Below, piece after piece: positions 27,064 to 36,620 of a stretch of 64,000 nucleotides of DNA; position 1 is the first letter of the stretch, and every line of letters begins with the position of its first letter. The stretch spans positions 12,196-76,195 of the forward strand of contig CALMKJ010000025.1 of NCBI GenBank assembly GCA_937867305.1, read 5' to 3'. A model generated the notes under the pieces. The model was not told where the DNA came from. It worked only from the letters and a program-made list of their open reading frames with translations, and made no database searches. The position numbers and the translations under genes are program-made. The stretch comes from an uncultured Ectothiorhodospiraceae bacterium (GTDB lineage: Bacteria; Pseudomonadota; Gammaproteobacteria; JAABTG01).

Positions 27064-28128
27064 ATGCCATCGAACATGACGTTAGGCGAACGCCTGAGAA
27101 AACAAGGGGTGAGCCGGCGCGGCTTCCTGAAGTTCTGTGCCGCGACGGCGTCCATGATGGCGCTGCCGCCGACTGCCGTGTCCGCATTGGCGGCCGGCCT
27201 GGAAAAGGCCCGCCGGCCATCGGTGATCTGGCTCTCGTTCCAGGAGTGCACGGGATGTGCGGAGGCCATCACGCGCTCCGAGGCCCCGACGCTCGAGAAC
27301 CTGATCTTCGACTACATCTCCCTCGACTATCAGCACACGATCATGGCGGCCTCGGGCGACGCGGCGGAGGCGGCTCGTGAGAAGGCGATGCACGAGAACG
27401 AGGGCAAGTACATCGTCATCGTCGACGGGGCGATCCCGCTGAAGGACGACGGGATCTACTCGACCATCGCCGGGATGACCAACCTGCAGATCCTGAAGGA
27501 CACGGTGAAGCACGCGGCGGCGGTGATCTCGCTCGGCACCTGCGCGGCCTACGGCGGCATTCCGAAGGCGAGCCCCAACCCGACCGGGGCGGCGGCGGTG
27601 TCCGAGATCATCAAGGACAAGCCGATCATCAACGTTCCGGGCTGCCCGCCCATCCCCGTGGTCATCACGGGCGTGATTGCCCAGTACCTCGCCTTTGGCA
27701 AGCTGCCGGAGCTCGACGCGCTGGGTCGCCCCAAGGCCTTCTACGGCCAGAACATCCACGACCGTTGCTACCGCCGCCCGTTCTACGAGCGCGGCCTGTT
27801 CGCGGAGACCTTCGACGACGAGGGCGCGAAGGCGGGCTGGTGCCTGTGGAAGCTCGGCTGCAAGGGCCCCATCACGTACAACGCCTGCGCCGTCACGAAG
27901 TGGAACTACGGCACGAGCTTCCCGATCCAGGCCGGCCACGGCTGCATCGGCTGCTCCGAGCCGGACTTCTGGGACAAGGGCGGCTTCTACGAGCCGTTGT
28001 CCGCGGGGACGTTCTCGGCCGGCGGGCGGTTGGCGGCGGCTGCGGCGGTCGGCGTGGCGGTGGGCGTGGGCTCGGCCGTGCTGGCCCGCAACAGTCAGAA
28101 AGCCCTGCATCATAAGGAGGGAGCATGA
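27064..28128 (+). CDS. hynS: [NiFe]-hydrogenase small subunit (Hyn/Isp type, Tat-exported)
   Basis: AGGAGA RBS; Tat signal RRGFLKFCAATASMMALPPTAVSALAAG; Fe-S cysteine motifs throughout. C-terminal hydrophobic tail LAAAAAVGVAVGVGSAVLA. Confidence 0.9.
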   Translation: MPSNMTLGERLRKQGVSRRGFLKFCAATASMMALPPTAVSALAAGLEKARRPSVIWLSFQECTGCAEAITRSEAPTLENLIFDYISLDYQHTIMAASGDAAEAAREKAMHENEGKYIVIVDGAIPLKDDGIYSTIAGMTNLQILKDTVKHAAAVISLGTCAAYGGIPKASPNPTGAAAVSEIIKDKPIINVPGCPPIPVVITGVIAQYLAFGKLPELDALGRPKAFYGQNIHDRCYRRPFYERGLFAETFDDEGAKAGWCLWKLGCKGPITYNACAVTKWNYGTSFPIQAGHGCIGCSEPDFWDKGGFYEPLSAGTFSAGGRLAAAAAVGVAVGVGSAVLARNSQKALHHKEGA

Positions 28129-28784
28129 GCCTCTTGGACTTCGCCCGCGGCCCGGCGCTCGAGTGGTCGCTCATCATCTTCGTGATCGGTGTGGTCTGGC
28201 GGCTCGCCGGTACCTTCCTGTTCAAGGGTCAGAAATACCTCTCGAAGCCGAAGGGCACGAAGTTCGTGAGCGCCGGCCTCATGGCCATCGCGAACAAGTC
28301 GTTCCCCCCGCACGAGCTGGAGAAGCGCATCACCTTCCAGCACTACACGGGCTACCTGTTCCACATCATGCTGTTCATCGTGGTCTTCCTGTTCGAGCCG
28401 CACATCGCCTTCTTCGACTGGGCGCTGGGCATCTCTTGGCCGGGCCTGCCGACGAACGTGATCACGTTCTCCTCGGCCGTGACCGTCATCATCCTGATCG
28501 CCCTCGGCATCCGGCGCGCGACCGACCCGGTGATGAAGAAGCTCACGACCATCGACGACTGGATCAGCTGGTTCCTCACCATCACGCCGTTCATCACCGG
28601 AATGATGGCCTTCGCGCACCAGAACATCGGCGTGCGTTACGAGGACCTGCTGGCTTTGCACATCCTGAACGTCTGCCTGCTTCTGATCTGGATACCCTTC
28701 GGGAAGTTGATGCACATGTTCCTGCTCTTCCCGGGCCGCTATCAGATGGGTGAGAAGTTCGAGTACAGGGGGGTCAAGGCATGA
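28125..28784 (+). CDS. isp1: Isp1, membrane b-type cytochrome (NarI/DsrM-like)
   Basis: ATGA overlap with hynS; AAGGAGG RBS; five TM helices with conserved His. Confidence 0.85.
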   Translation: MSLLDFARGPALEWSLIIFVIGVVWRLAGTFLFKGQKYLSKPKGTKFVSAGLMAIANKSFPPHELEKRITFQHYTGYLFHIMLFIVVFLFEPHIAFFDWALGISWPGLPTNVITFSSAVTVIILIALGIRRATDPVMKKLTTIDDWISWFLTITPFITGMMAFAHQNIGVRYEDLLALHILNVCLLLIWIPFGKLMHMFLLFPGRYQMGEKFEYRGVKA

Positions 28785-30130
28785 GCATGAACCAGGAGAT
28801 GGAACAGACGTTCCAAATGTTCATGGGTATGGTGAACGAGCTCGGCACGCTCGCCAAGCCGGTCGACCTGCCCGACTCCGAGCGCATCGCGCGCGCCAAG
28901 AAGGTCTTCATGGAGAAGACCACCTGGGACATCGCGGCCGAGCTCGAGGGTTGCATCCACTGCGGGATGTGCGCCGAGGCCTGCCACTTCCGGGTCTCCT
29001 CCGGCGACCCCAAGTACACGCCGGCGCGCAAGTTCGAGTTGATGCGCACGGTGTACCGGCGGGAGATGAGCCCGATGCGCTGGGTCAACCGCCTGGTGAT
29101 GCCGGACATCACCATGAAGGACCTGCAGGAGTCCGTCGAGCTGGTGTACGACTCCTGCACCCTCTGCGCGCGCTGCAGCATGATCTGCCCGATGGGGATC
29201 CACATCGCCGAGCTGGTCGAGTACCACCGCGAGGCGCTCGCCGCCGCGGGCATGGTGCCCGACGAGATGCTGGCGCTCGACCAGGAGCAGGCGGAGACGG
29301 GCCACATCTTCAACGCCGACCGGGAGGTCCTGAAGTTCAAGGTGGAGGAGCTGTCGCAGCAGTACAACGTGCCGATCCCCCTGGACAAGGAAGGCCAGGT
29401 GGACGTCATGATCCTGACGAGCGGCCTCGACCTGCACCTGTTCAACGACGCCATCGTCGGCACGGCCAAGATCTGCAACCACGCGAAGCTGAACTGGTCG
29501 TACTTCACCGACTCCTACGAGGGGGCCAACTTCGGCTTCATGAGCGGTGATGCGGGCAACCACAGGCTGGAGGTGTCCCGCGTGTACGAGGCGGCGGTCA
29601 AGCACGGCGCGAAGTACGTGGTCGCCCCGGAGTGCGGGCACGCCTACCCGGCGCTGCGCTTCTATGCCGCCGAGGCGCTCGGCAAGCCGCTGCCCTTCGA
29701 CGTGCTGGCACCCTCCGAGTTCATCGCGATGCTGTACAAGGAGGGCAAGCTCAAGCTGAAGAAGCCCGAGGACCGCACGGTGGTGACCTTCCACGACCCC
29801 TGCAAGGTCGGGCGCCACGGCGGTGTCTTCGAGGGGCCGCGCGAGGTCCTGAAGGCCATGGGCCTCGAGGTCCGCGAGACCGACAGCAACCGCATGGTCA
29901 ACATATGCTGCGGCGGTGGCGCTGCGGTGTTCCTGCTCCAGAACGCCAACGAGCTGCGGCAGAAGACCTTCGAGCTCAAGTACGAGGAGGTCAAGAAGAC
30001 CAAGGCCGAAGCGCTGGTCGTGTCCTGTGGAAGCTGCCGCCTGAATTTCGAGCGGGGCAAGATGAACGCCGGCGAGGGTATGCCGGTCGACAGCTTTGCC
30101 CAGATCGTCGGCGACAACCTGGTCAGCTAG
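28781..30130 (+). CDS. isp2: Isp2, HdrD/DsrK-like iron-sulfur protein with CCG domains
   Basis: ATGA overlap with isp1. Two ferredoxin-like CxxCxxCxxxCP motifs (CIHCGMCAEACHF; CTLCARCSMICPMG) and C-terminal CCG repeats (DPCKVGRHGG..., ICCGGGAA, SCGSCRLNF). Confidence 0.85.
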   Translation: MSMNQEMEQTFQMFMGMVNELGTLAKPVDLPDSERIARAKKVFMEKTTWDIAAELEGCIHCGMCAEACHFRVSSGDPKYTPARKFELMRTVYRREMSPMRWVNRLVMPDITMKDLQESVELVYDSCTLCARCSMICPMGIHIAELVEYHREALAAAGMVPDEMLALDQEQAETGHIFNADREVLKFKVEELSQQYNVPIPLDKEGQVDVMILTSGLDLHLFNDAIVGTAKICNHAKLNWSYFTDSYEGANFGFMSGDAGNHRLEVSRVYEAAVKHGAKYVVAPECGHAYPALRFYAAEALGKPLPFDVLAPSEFIAMLYKEGKLKLKKPEDRTVVTFHDPCKVGRHGGVFEGPREVLKAMGLEVRETDSNRMVNICCGGGAAVFLLQNANELRQKTFELKYEEVKKTKAEALVVSCGSCRLNFERGKMNAGEGMPVDSFAQIVGDNLVS

Positions 30131-30217
30131 GACGTGCGACGGTGGTGCGCGGGGGGCTCGACCCCCCCGTGAACCGCCGGGCACGGACACCGAACGGAAC
30201 GAGATCGAGAACAAGCC

Positions 30218-31951
30218 ATGACAGAACGAGTCGTTGTCGACCCGATCACGCGCATCGAAGGCCACCTTCGGATCGAGGCCAAGATGGACGGCGGCAAGAT
30301 CGCCGAGGCCTATTCCTCCGGCACGATGGTGCGCGGGATCGAGACCATCCTCCTCGGCAGGGACCCGCGTGACGCCTGGGCCTTCGTCCAGCGCATCTGC
30401 GGTGTCTGCACCCTGGTCCACGGGATGGCGTCCATCCGCGCCGTGGAGGACGCCCTGAAGTACCCGATCCCGGCGAACGCGAACCTGATTCGCAACCTGA
30501 TGATCGGGGCCCAGTACATTCACGACCACGTGATGCACTTCTACCACCTGCACGCGCTGGACTGGGTGGACGTGGTCTCCGCGCTCAAGGCCGACCCCAA
30601 GAAGACCTCGGAAATCGCCCAGACGGTCACGCCGAACTGGCCGAAGTCCTCGCCGGGGTATTTCTCCGACGTCAAGAAGCGCCTGACGAACTTCGTGGAG
30701 TCGGGGCAGCTCGGCATCTTCGCGAACGGCTACTGGGGCAGCGCGGTCTACAAGCTGCCGCCCGAGGTCAACCTGATGGCGGTTGCCCACTACCTCGAGG
30801 CCCTGCAGTGGCAGCGCGAGGCGGTGAAGCTGCACGCGATCTTCGGTGGCAAGAACCCCCACCCGATGTTCGTGGTGGGCGGCGTGCCGACGCCGATCGA
30901 CCCGAACTCGGACTCGGCTATCAACAGCGAGCGCCTCTCGCAGGTCCAGAACATCATCAAGTCCATGAAGGACTTCGTGGACCAGGTGTACGTTCCGGAC
31001 ACCCTGGCGATCGCCGGCTTCTACAAGGACTGGTTCGGCCGCGGCGAGGGCCTGGGCAACTTCCTGTCGTTCGGCGACTTCCCGGAGAAGGGGATCAACG
31101 ACGCCAAGAGTCTCCTGATCCCGGCGGGTGTCATCCTGAACCGCGACCTGACCAAGATCCACCCGGTCGACCCGAGGGATCCGAAGCAGATCCAGGAGTT
31201 CGTCTCTCACTCCTGGTACGACTACTCGGTCGGCAAGGAGAAGGGGCTGCACCCGTACGAAGGCGAGACCACCTTCAACTACAAGGGGCGTGGCGGTCCG
31301 AAGGCTCCGTTCAAACAGTTGAACGTCGAGGACGGCTACTCCTGGCTGAAGTCGCCGCGCTGGAACGGAAAGGCGGTGGAGGTTGGACCGCTGGCCCGCG
31401 TGCTGGTGATGTACGCCTCCGGCAACCCCCAGGCCAAGGAACTGGTCGACATGGCGTTGAAGAAGCTCGGCGCGGAGCCGCGGGCGCTGTTCTCGACCCT
31501 GGGCCGTACCGCGGCCCGGACGCTCGAGTCCGCGATCATCGCGAGCCACATGCAGACCTGGTACGACAACCTGGTGGCCAACATCAAGGCCGGCGACACC
31601 AAGACGTTCAACTCCGACCTGTGGGATCCCGCCACCTGGCCCAGCGAGGCGAAGGGTGTGGGCTTCATGGAGGCGCCGCGCGGTGGCCTCGCCCACTACA
31701 TCGTCATCAAGGGCGGCAAGATCGACAACTACCAGGCCGTCGTGCCGAGCACCTGGAACGCCGGTCCGCGTGACGGGCAGGGCCAGGCCGGTGCCTACGA
31801 GGCCGCGCTTCAGGACAACCACGAACTGCTCGACCCGAAGCAGCCTGTGGAAATCCTGCGCACCATCCACAGCTTCGACCCCTGCCTGGCCTGTGCGGTG
31901 CACCTGGCGGGTGAGGACGGCGAGGAGTTGGTGAAGGTGAAGGTGCGGTAA
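30218..31951 (+). CDS. hynL: [NiFe]-hydrogenase large subunit
   Basis: N-terminal RIEGH...RICGVCTLVH (first CxxC pair) and C-terminal DPCLACAVH plus a 14-aa extension (LAGEDGEELVKVKVR) that is the protease substrate. Confidence 0.9.
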   Translation: MTERVVVDPITRIEGHLRIEAKMDGGKIAEAYSSGTMVRGIETILLGRDPRDAWAFVQRICGVCTLVHGMASIRAVEDALKYPIPANANLIRNLMIGAQYIHDHVMHFYHLHALDWVDVVSALKADPKKTSEIAQTVTPNWPKSSPGYFSDVKKRLTNFVESGQLGIFANGYWGSAVYKLPPEVNLMAVAHYLEALQWQREAVKLHAIFGGKNPHPMFVVGGVPTPIDPNSDSAINSERLSQVQNIIKSMKDFVDQVYVPDTLAIAGFYKDWFGRGEGLGNFLSFGDFPEKGINDAKSLLIPAGVILNRDLTKIHPVDPRDPKQIQEFVSHSWYDYSVGKEKGLHPYEGETTFNYKGRGGPKAPFKQLNVEDGYSWLKSPRWNGKAVEVGPLARVLVMYASGNPQAKELVDMALKKLGAEPRALFSTLGRTAARTLESAIIASHMQTWYDNLVANIKAGDTKTFNSDLWDPATWPSEAKGVGFMEAPRGGLAHYIVIKGGKIDNYQAVVPSTWNAGPRDGQGQAGAYEAALQDNHELLDPKQPVEILRTIHSFDPCLACAVHLAGEDGEELVKVKVR

Positions 31952-31978
31952 GGTAGAAGCCGCAGACGGGAAGTAGGG

Positions 31979-32024
31979 CGCCCTGCCCCACCCGCGAAGG
32001 TGGGGCAGGGCGTTTCGTTTTCGG
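31979..32024 (+). terminator. Rho-independent terminator after hynL
   Basis: Perfect 14-bp stem CGCCCTGCCCCACC / GGTGGGGCAGGGCG with 6-nt loop, followed by TTTCGTTTTCGG. Confidence 0.7.
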
Positions 32025-32050
32025 CCCCCTCACTCGCGAGGTGCCCCGAC

Positions 32051-33007
32051 GTGACCCGAATCGACGTGTTCAATGGCGATGCGGACGGCATCTGCGCCCT
32101 GCAGCAGATCCGGCTGGCCGAGCCGGGGGAGAGCGTCCTGGTGACGGGTGTCAAACGGGACATCGCGTTGCTCGACCGGGTCACCGCCCGGCCCGGGGAC
32201 GAGGTGACGGTCCTCGATGTGTCCCTCGACCGCAACCGTGACGCCCTGACTCGCCTGCTCGCGGCGGGAGCGAAGGTTCGCTATTTCGACCATCACTTTG
32301 CCGGGGAGGCGATCGAGCACCCCGCGCTTCTGCTGCGCATCGACCCGTCGCCCACCCGGGGGACCAGCCTGCTGGTGGACGAGTACCTCGGCGGTGCGCA
32401 CCGGGCCTGGGCCGTGGTCGGGACCTTTGGTGACAATCTGGACGAGAGCGCGGTCCGCGCGGCCGCCCCGCTCGGTCTCAGTGCGCAGACGACGGGCCGG
32501 CTGCGCGAGCTGGGCGTGCTGCTCAACTACAACGCCTACGGCGAGCGCGTGGAGGACCTCCACGTGCATCCGGCCGAGGTCTTCCGCCGTCTCGCCCCCT
32601 ACCCGGACCCCCTGACGTTTGTCGCGAAGGACCCGCTCTTCACCTTGCTGCGGGAAGGGTATGCGGCAGACCGGGATCGGGCGGCGGCCCTGCGGCCCGT
32701 GCTGGAAACCCCGAGGGTGGCCGTCTACGTCCTGCCTGCGGAGACCTGGGCACGGCGGGTGAGCGGGGTCTACGCGAACGACCTGGCGCGTGGGGCGCCC
32801 GGGCGCGCCCACGCGCTGGTGACGAGACGCCCGGAAGGGGGTGCAGTCGTGAGCGTTCGTGCCCCGCTCTCCCACAGCGTGGGTGCCGACGCCCTTTGCC
32901 GGCGGTTCCCGACCGGGGGGGGACGTCAGGGGGCTGCGGGCATCAACGACCTGCCCGAAGAGCGCTTCGACGACTTCGTGCGGGCCTTCGTGGAGGCGTT
33001 CGGTTAG
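32051..33007 (+). CDS. DHH-family phosphoesterase, NrnA-like (DHH + DHHA1)
   Basis: GTG 32051 with GAGGTG RBS 7 nt upstream. Motifs FNGDADGI, YFDHHF and DHHA1-like GGGRQGAAG. ORF-track start 32000 lies inside the terminator stem and is rejected. Confidence 0.65.
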   Translation: MTRIDVFNGDADGICALQQIRLAEPGESVLVTGVKRDIALLDRVTARPGDEVTVLDVSLDRNRDALTRLLAAGAKVRYFDHHFAGEAIEHPALLLRIDPSPTRGTSLLVDEYLGGAHRAWAVVGTFGDNLDESAVRAAAPLGLSAQTTGRLRELGVLLNYNAYGERVEDLHVHPAEVFRRLAPYPDPLTFVAKDPLFTLLREGYAADRDRAAALRPVLETPRVAVYVLPAETWARRVSGVYANDLARGAPGRAHALVTRRPEGGAVVSVRAPLSHSVGADALCRRFPTGGGRQGAAGINDLPEERFDDFVRAFVEAFG

Positions 33008-34515
33008 CCCCCCGCGGGCGGGCGCCAGCCCTCCAGGATCTCGAGGCAGGCCCGATTCATCTCGCGGGCCCTCTCTTCGCTGTCCGCCTCGTTGTAGCAG
33101 CGCAATTCCGGCGCGTTCCCGGAGGGGCGCAGGTGTGCCACCTCGCCGCTGGCAAAGTTGACCCGCAGGCCGTCCGTGGCGTCCACGGCCGCCACGGGCC
33201 CGAACAGCCCCCGGAAGGCGCGCTCGATCGCGGCGTGGTCGCGGGCGGTGTTCCCGGTCTGAAGCGCACCCAATCGCTGGCGGCTCAGTTCGGTGGGGAA
33301 GTCCTTCAACCGGTCGCTGGCGGTGAAACGCGGGGGCAGGGAGTCCGCGAGGGCGGACACGGGCACCGCGCGCAGCCGGCTCGAGTGCAGCAGGGCGAGG
33401 ACGACGACCAGGGCATCGCGCGTCGGCAGGGGTTCGAGGCGCCGACCGTCGGCCTCGAACGGGCTTGCCGTCAGGAATCCCCCGTTGGCCTCGTAGCCCA
33501 CGACCCGGTCCTCGCCCTCGTCGACGGCGCGGAGCATGGCCTCGACGACGTAGGGTGACCCGATCCGGGTCCGGAGCACCCGACGGAAGCGCCCGCAACG
33601 CTCGGCGACCGTATTGCTGCTGACGGGTGTCACCACCACCCTGGCGCCCAGATACTCCGCGCAGAGGACCCCCGCGACGTCGCCCCGCAGCCAGTGTCCC
33701 CGTTCGTCGGCGAGGAGGGGGCGGTCTGCGTCACCATCGGTGGAGACGATGGCGTCCAGGCGGGCCTCCCGGGCCCAGCGGAGTGCGAGCTCCACGTCCT
33801 CGGCGCGCACCGCCTCGGTGTCCACCGGGACGAAGGTTTCGGAGCGGCCGAGGGGTACCGCCTCTGCCCCGAGTGCGGCCAGGACTTCGCCGAGCAGGTC
33901 CCGACCCACCGAGGAGTGCTCGTAGACACCGACGCGCAGCCCTTCGAGGCAACCGGGGGGAAAGAAGCCGAGATACCGCCCGACGTAGGCTCGCCGGGCG
34001 CCTTCCTCCACGGGCGGGATTGCGGCAGGGGCCCCCGTGAGCGCCCCGGCAGGGTCGAAACGCCCCTCCGGCACCTCGACTCTCTGGCCCCGGATCCCCT
34101 GCTCGTCGGCCTTGGAGATCTCGCCGTCGGCGCGGTTGAACTTGATCCCGTTGCGGTCGTCCGGGATGTGGCTACCGGTCACCATCACCGACGGGACCCC
34201 TTGTCGCAGTCCGTACCAGGCGAGTGCAGGGGAGGGAATGCGCCCGCAGTGCACGGGGCTCATGCCCGCGTCGCGGATGGCCTGGACGACGGCCGCCATG
34301 ATTCGCCCCGTGCTCGGTCGCAGGTCCCCGGCCACGGCGACGCGGTCCATCGCGCCCCCGGACCCTCCGAGCTGTTGCAGGAAGGCGCGGGTGTACAGGT
34401 AGCAGACCTCGTCGGTCATCGCGCTCACCAGGCCGCGTGCCCCGCTGGTGCCGAAACCGACGCCGGACTGCTCCATGAGGTGGGCGATGGAAACCGCTCG
34501 AGCTGGATGGTTCAT
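33004..34515 (-). CDS. Phosphomannomutase/phosphoglucomutase (alpha-D-phosphohexomutase family)
   Basis: GVGFGTSGARG active-site loop, metal-binding DGDADR, sugar-binding GYEANGG. ATG 34515. Confidence 0.8.
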   Translation of the reverse strand: MNHPARAVSIAHLMEQSGVGFGTSGARGLVSAMTDEVCYLYTRAFLQQLGGSGGAMDRVAVAGDLRPSTGRIMAAVVQAIRDAGMSPVHCGRIPSPALAWYGLRQGVPSVMVTGSHIPDDRNGIKFNRADGEISKADEQGIRGQRVEVPEGRFDPAGALTGAPAAIPPVEEGARRAYVGRYLGFFPPGCLEGLRVGVYEHSSVGRDLLGEVLAALGAEAVPLGRSETFVPVDTEAVRAEDVELALRWAREARLDAIVSTDGDADRPLLADERGHWLRGDVAGVLCAEYLGARVVVTPVSSNTVAERCGRFRRVLRTRIGSPYVVEAMLRAVDEGEDRVVGYEANGGFLTASPFEADGRRLEPLPTRDALVVVLALLHSSRLRAVPVSALADSLPPRFTASDRLKDFPTELSRQRLGALQTGNTARDHAAIERAFRGLFGPVAAVDATDGLRVNFASGEVAHLRPSGNAPELRCYNEADSEERAREMNRACLEILEGWRPPAGG

Positions 34516-34640
34516 GGGACGGATCCCCGGCGTGGCTGCCCGGATTCTAGCAGCGGCAGTCCCGGCCGGCAGGCGGCGCTCAAAGCTTTGCCGGCCCTGC
34601 CGATAGCACGGGGGTATTCGACCACTCGCCACGTCGCGCC

Positions 34641-35537
34641 ATGGATGCGTTGGTCCAGTCGGTAATCCTCGGGATTCGCTCAGACCTCGCAGCGGGCCGG
34701 CTCGTGCTCCCGTCGCTCCCGGAGATCACCTTCCAGGTGGCCAGGCTCCTCGACGACCCGAGCTCCAGTGGTGAGGCAATCGCGGCGCTGGTGGGGAAGG
34801 ACCCGGCGCTGAGCGCCCGCTTCCTGCGCCTCGCGAACAGCGCCTACTTCCCCGGGATGCGGCCCGTGGCGGACCTTCGCCGGGCCATCGTGCGGCTCGG
34901 CCACAAGGTCATCAAGCACCTGATCACGACCCTCGCGGTCTCCAAGCTCTACGACGTGCGTGCGCATCCCGCGGCCAGACCGCACCTGGTGGAGCTCTGG
35001 CAGCAGAGCACCATGGTGGCCAGCCTTTCGGAGGTGATGGCCCGCCGGCTTGGTCACCTCGAGGCCGAGGTCGCGATGCTCGCGGGGCTCGTTCACCGCA
35101 TCGGGGCGCTTCCCGTGATCGTACGAGCGGAGCGTACCCCGGAAGTCCTGGCCGACCGTGCCCGGGTGCGTGAGCTGCTCGGGCAGGTCCAGCGCGAGGT
35201 GGGAGCGGCGGTCGTCGCCCAGTGGCGTTTCCCGCCCGAGCTCGTCGCGGTCGTCGTGGAGCACGAGGACGCGACCCGCGAGAGCCCTGGCCTCGCGGAC
35301 TACGTGGACCTCGTTCAGGTGGCCAGCCTGCTCACCTACCGCGGCACGGACCACCCCTGGGCGTCGCTGCCCTGGGCGAGCGTGCCGGCCACTCTGGCGG
35401 TCGGTCTCGAGGAGAATGAGGTGGAAAGCCTGCTGGGGTATGCGGGCGCGCGCGTCGGGGAGCTGCGCCGCCTCCTCGGGCCCCAGTCGGCGGCATCGGT
35501 CGCCGGCAGCCCGGTGCGCCGCCAGGCGGCCGGCTAG
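34641..35537 (+). CDS. HDOD-domain signalling protein
   Basis: LPSLPEITFQVARLLDDP..., LANSAYF, GLVHRIGALPV resemble the HDOD metal-dependent phosphohydrolase-like fold. Confidence 0.7.
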   Translation: MDALVQSVILGIRSDLAAGRLVLPSLPEITFQVARLLDDPSSSGEAIAALVGKDPALSARFLRLANSAYFPGMRPVADLRRAIVRLGHKVIKHLITTLAVSKLYDVRAHPAARPHLVELWQQSTMVASLSEVMARRLGHLEAEVAMLAGLVHRIGALPVIVRAERTPEVLADRARVRELLGQVQREVGAAVVAQWRFPPELVAVVVEHEDATRESPGLADYVDLVQVASLLTYRGTDHPWASLPWASVPATLAVGLEENEVESLLGYAGARVGELRRLLGPQSAASVAGSPVRRQAAG

Positions 35538-35699
35538 GAGAGGGACCGAATACCGTTTAGCGCAATCCAGTGACGATGTGAGGGTTGGTCCCCTCGGCAG
35601 GGCAAGGCGTAAAATCCCGCTGCATGGTGTACGGGATATGACGCCCCCTCCGGTTCGCGGTCCCCACTGGGTTCAGGGCCCCTGCAGGCCCCTCTGCGC

Positions 35700-36620
35700 A
35701 TGGTGACGTCCCGGGATTGCACCCTCTTCGTCCTCAGGAGGCCCGGGGCGTTCCTGCTGCGGGCGCTGCTCGGCTTCAAGCGCAACCAGGGGCTGCTGCT
35801 CTCCGGGGCCGTCGCCTACTACACCCTGCTCTCCATCGTTCCCCTGTTTGCGCTGCTGCTCGTCGGGCTCTCGCATTTCGTCGAGGAGCAGACGCTGCTC
35901 GCGACCATGGGGCGCTACATGGAGCTCATGGCGCCCGGTTCGGCAGGGGCCGTGACGGAGCAGGTGCGCGCCTTCATCGCCAACCGGCACGTGGTTGGCA
36001 CGGTCGGGATCGTGGTCCTGCTGTTCTTCAGTTCCGTCGCCTTCAGCGTGATGGAGAGCGCGATGAGCGTCATCTTCATGCACCGGGAAGGGGTTCGGAG
36101 CAGACACTTCCTGGTCTCGGCCATCATCCCCTATCTGTTCATCCTGCTCCTGGCGGTGGGGGTTTTGCTGGTCTCTTTGATCGCCGGGGCCCTGCAGACC
36201 CTGGAAGGGCGGGAACTGGTCTTGTTCGGCCAGCACTGGTCGCTCCAGGGCAGCGCGGCGCGTGTCCTGTATCTGCTGGGAATGGTCGGGCTCATCCTGA
36301 TGCTCACGGCACTCTACGTGATCATGCCAGTGGGGCGGACGGCGTTTCGCCACGCCCTCGTCGGGGGCACTACCGCGGCCGTGCTCTGGGAGATCACCCG
36401 CCACGTGCTCGTCTGGTATTTCTCGAACCTCTCTCTGGTGAACGTGGTGTACGGGTCGCTCGCCACGTCGGTGGTCGCCCTCCTCAGCTTCGAGGTGGCA
36501 GCGATCATCCTGCTGTTCGGGGCGCAGGTCATCGCGGAATTCGAGTGCAGTGTGCGCGAGCGGTGCCTCACCGGCCGGCAGGGCGAGGAGACGGGCCAGG
36601 GGGGAACCCCTGCACCCTAG
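35700..36620 (+). CDS. YihY/BrkB family membrane protein
   Basis: GAVAYYTLLSIVPLFALLLV..., six TM helices, and the conserved GSLATSVVALLSFEVAAIILLFGAQV segment. Confidence 0.75.
   Translation: MVTSRDCTLFVLRRPGAFLLRALLGFKRNQGLLLSGAVAYYTLLSIVPLFALLLVGLSHFVEEQTLLATMGRYMELMAPGSAGAVTEQVRAFIANRHVVGTVGIVVLLFFSSVAFSVMESAMSVIFMHREGVRSRHFLVSAIIPYLFILLLAVGVLLVSLIAGALQTLEGRELVLFGQHWSLQGSAARVLYLLGMVGLILMLTALYVIMPVGRTAFRHALVGGTTAAVLWEITRHVLVWYFSNLSLVNVVYGSLATSVVALLSFEVAAIILLFGAQVIAEFECSVRERCLTGRQGEETGQGGTPAP

Noticed and set aside
32000-32050. ORF-track start for the DHH gene at 32000
   Set aside because: The start codon lies inside the 14-bp stem of the hynL terminator. The GTG at 32051 with GAGGTG RBS fits better.
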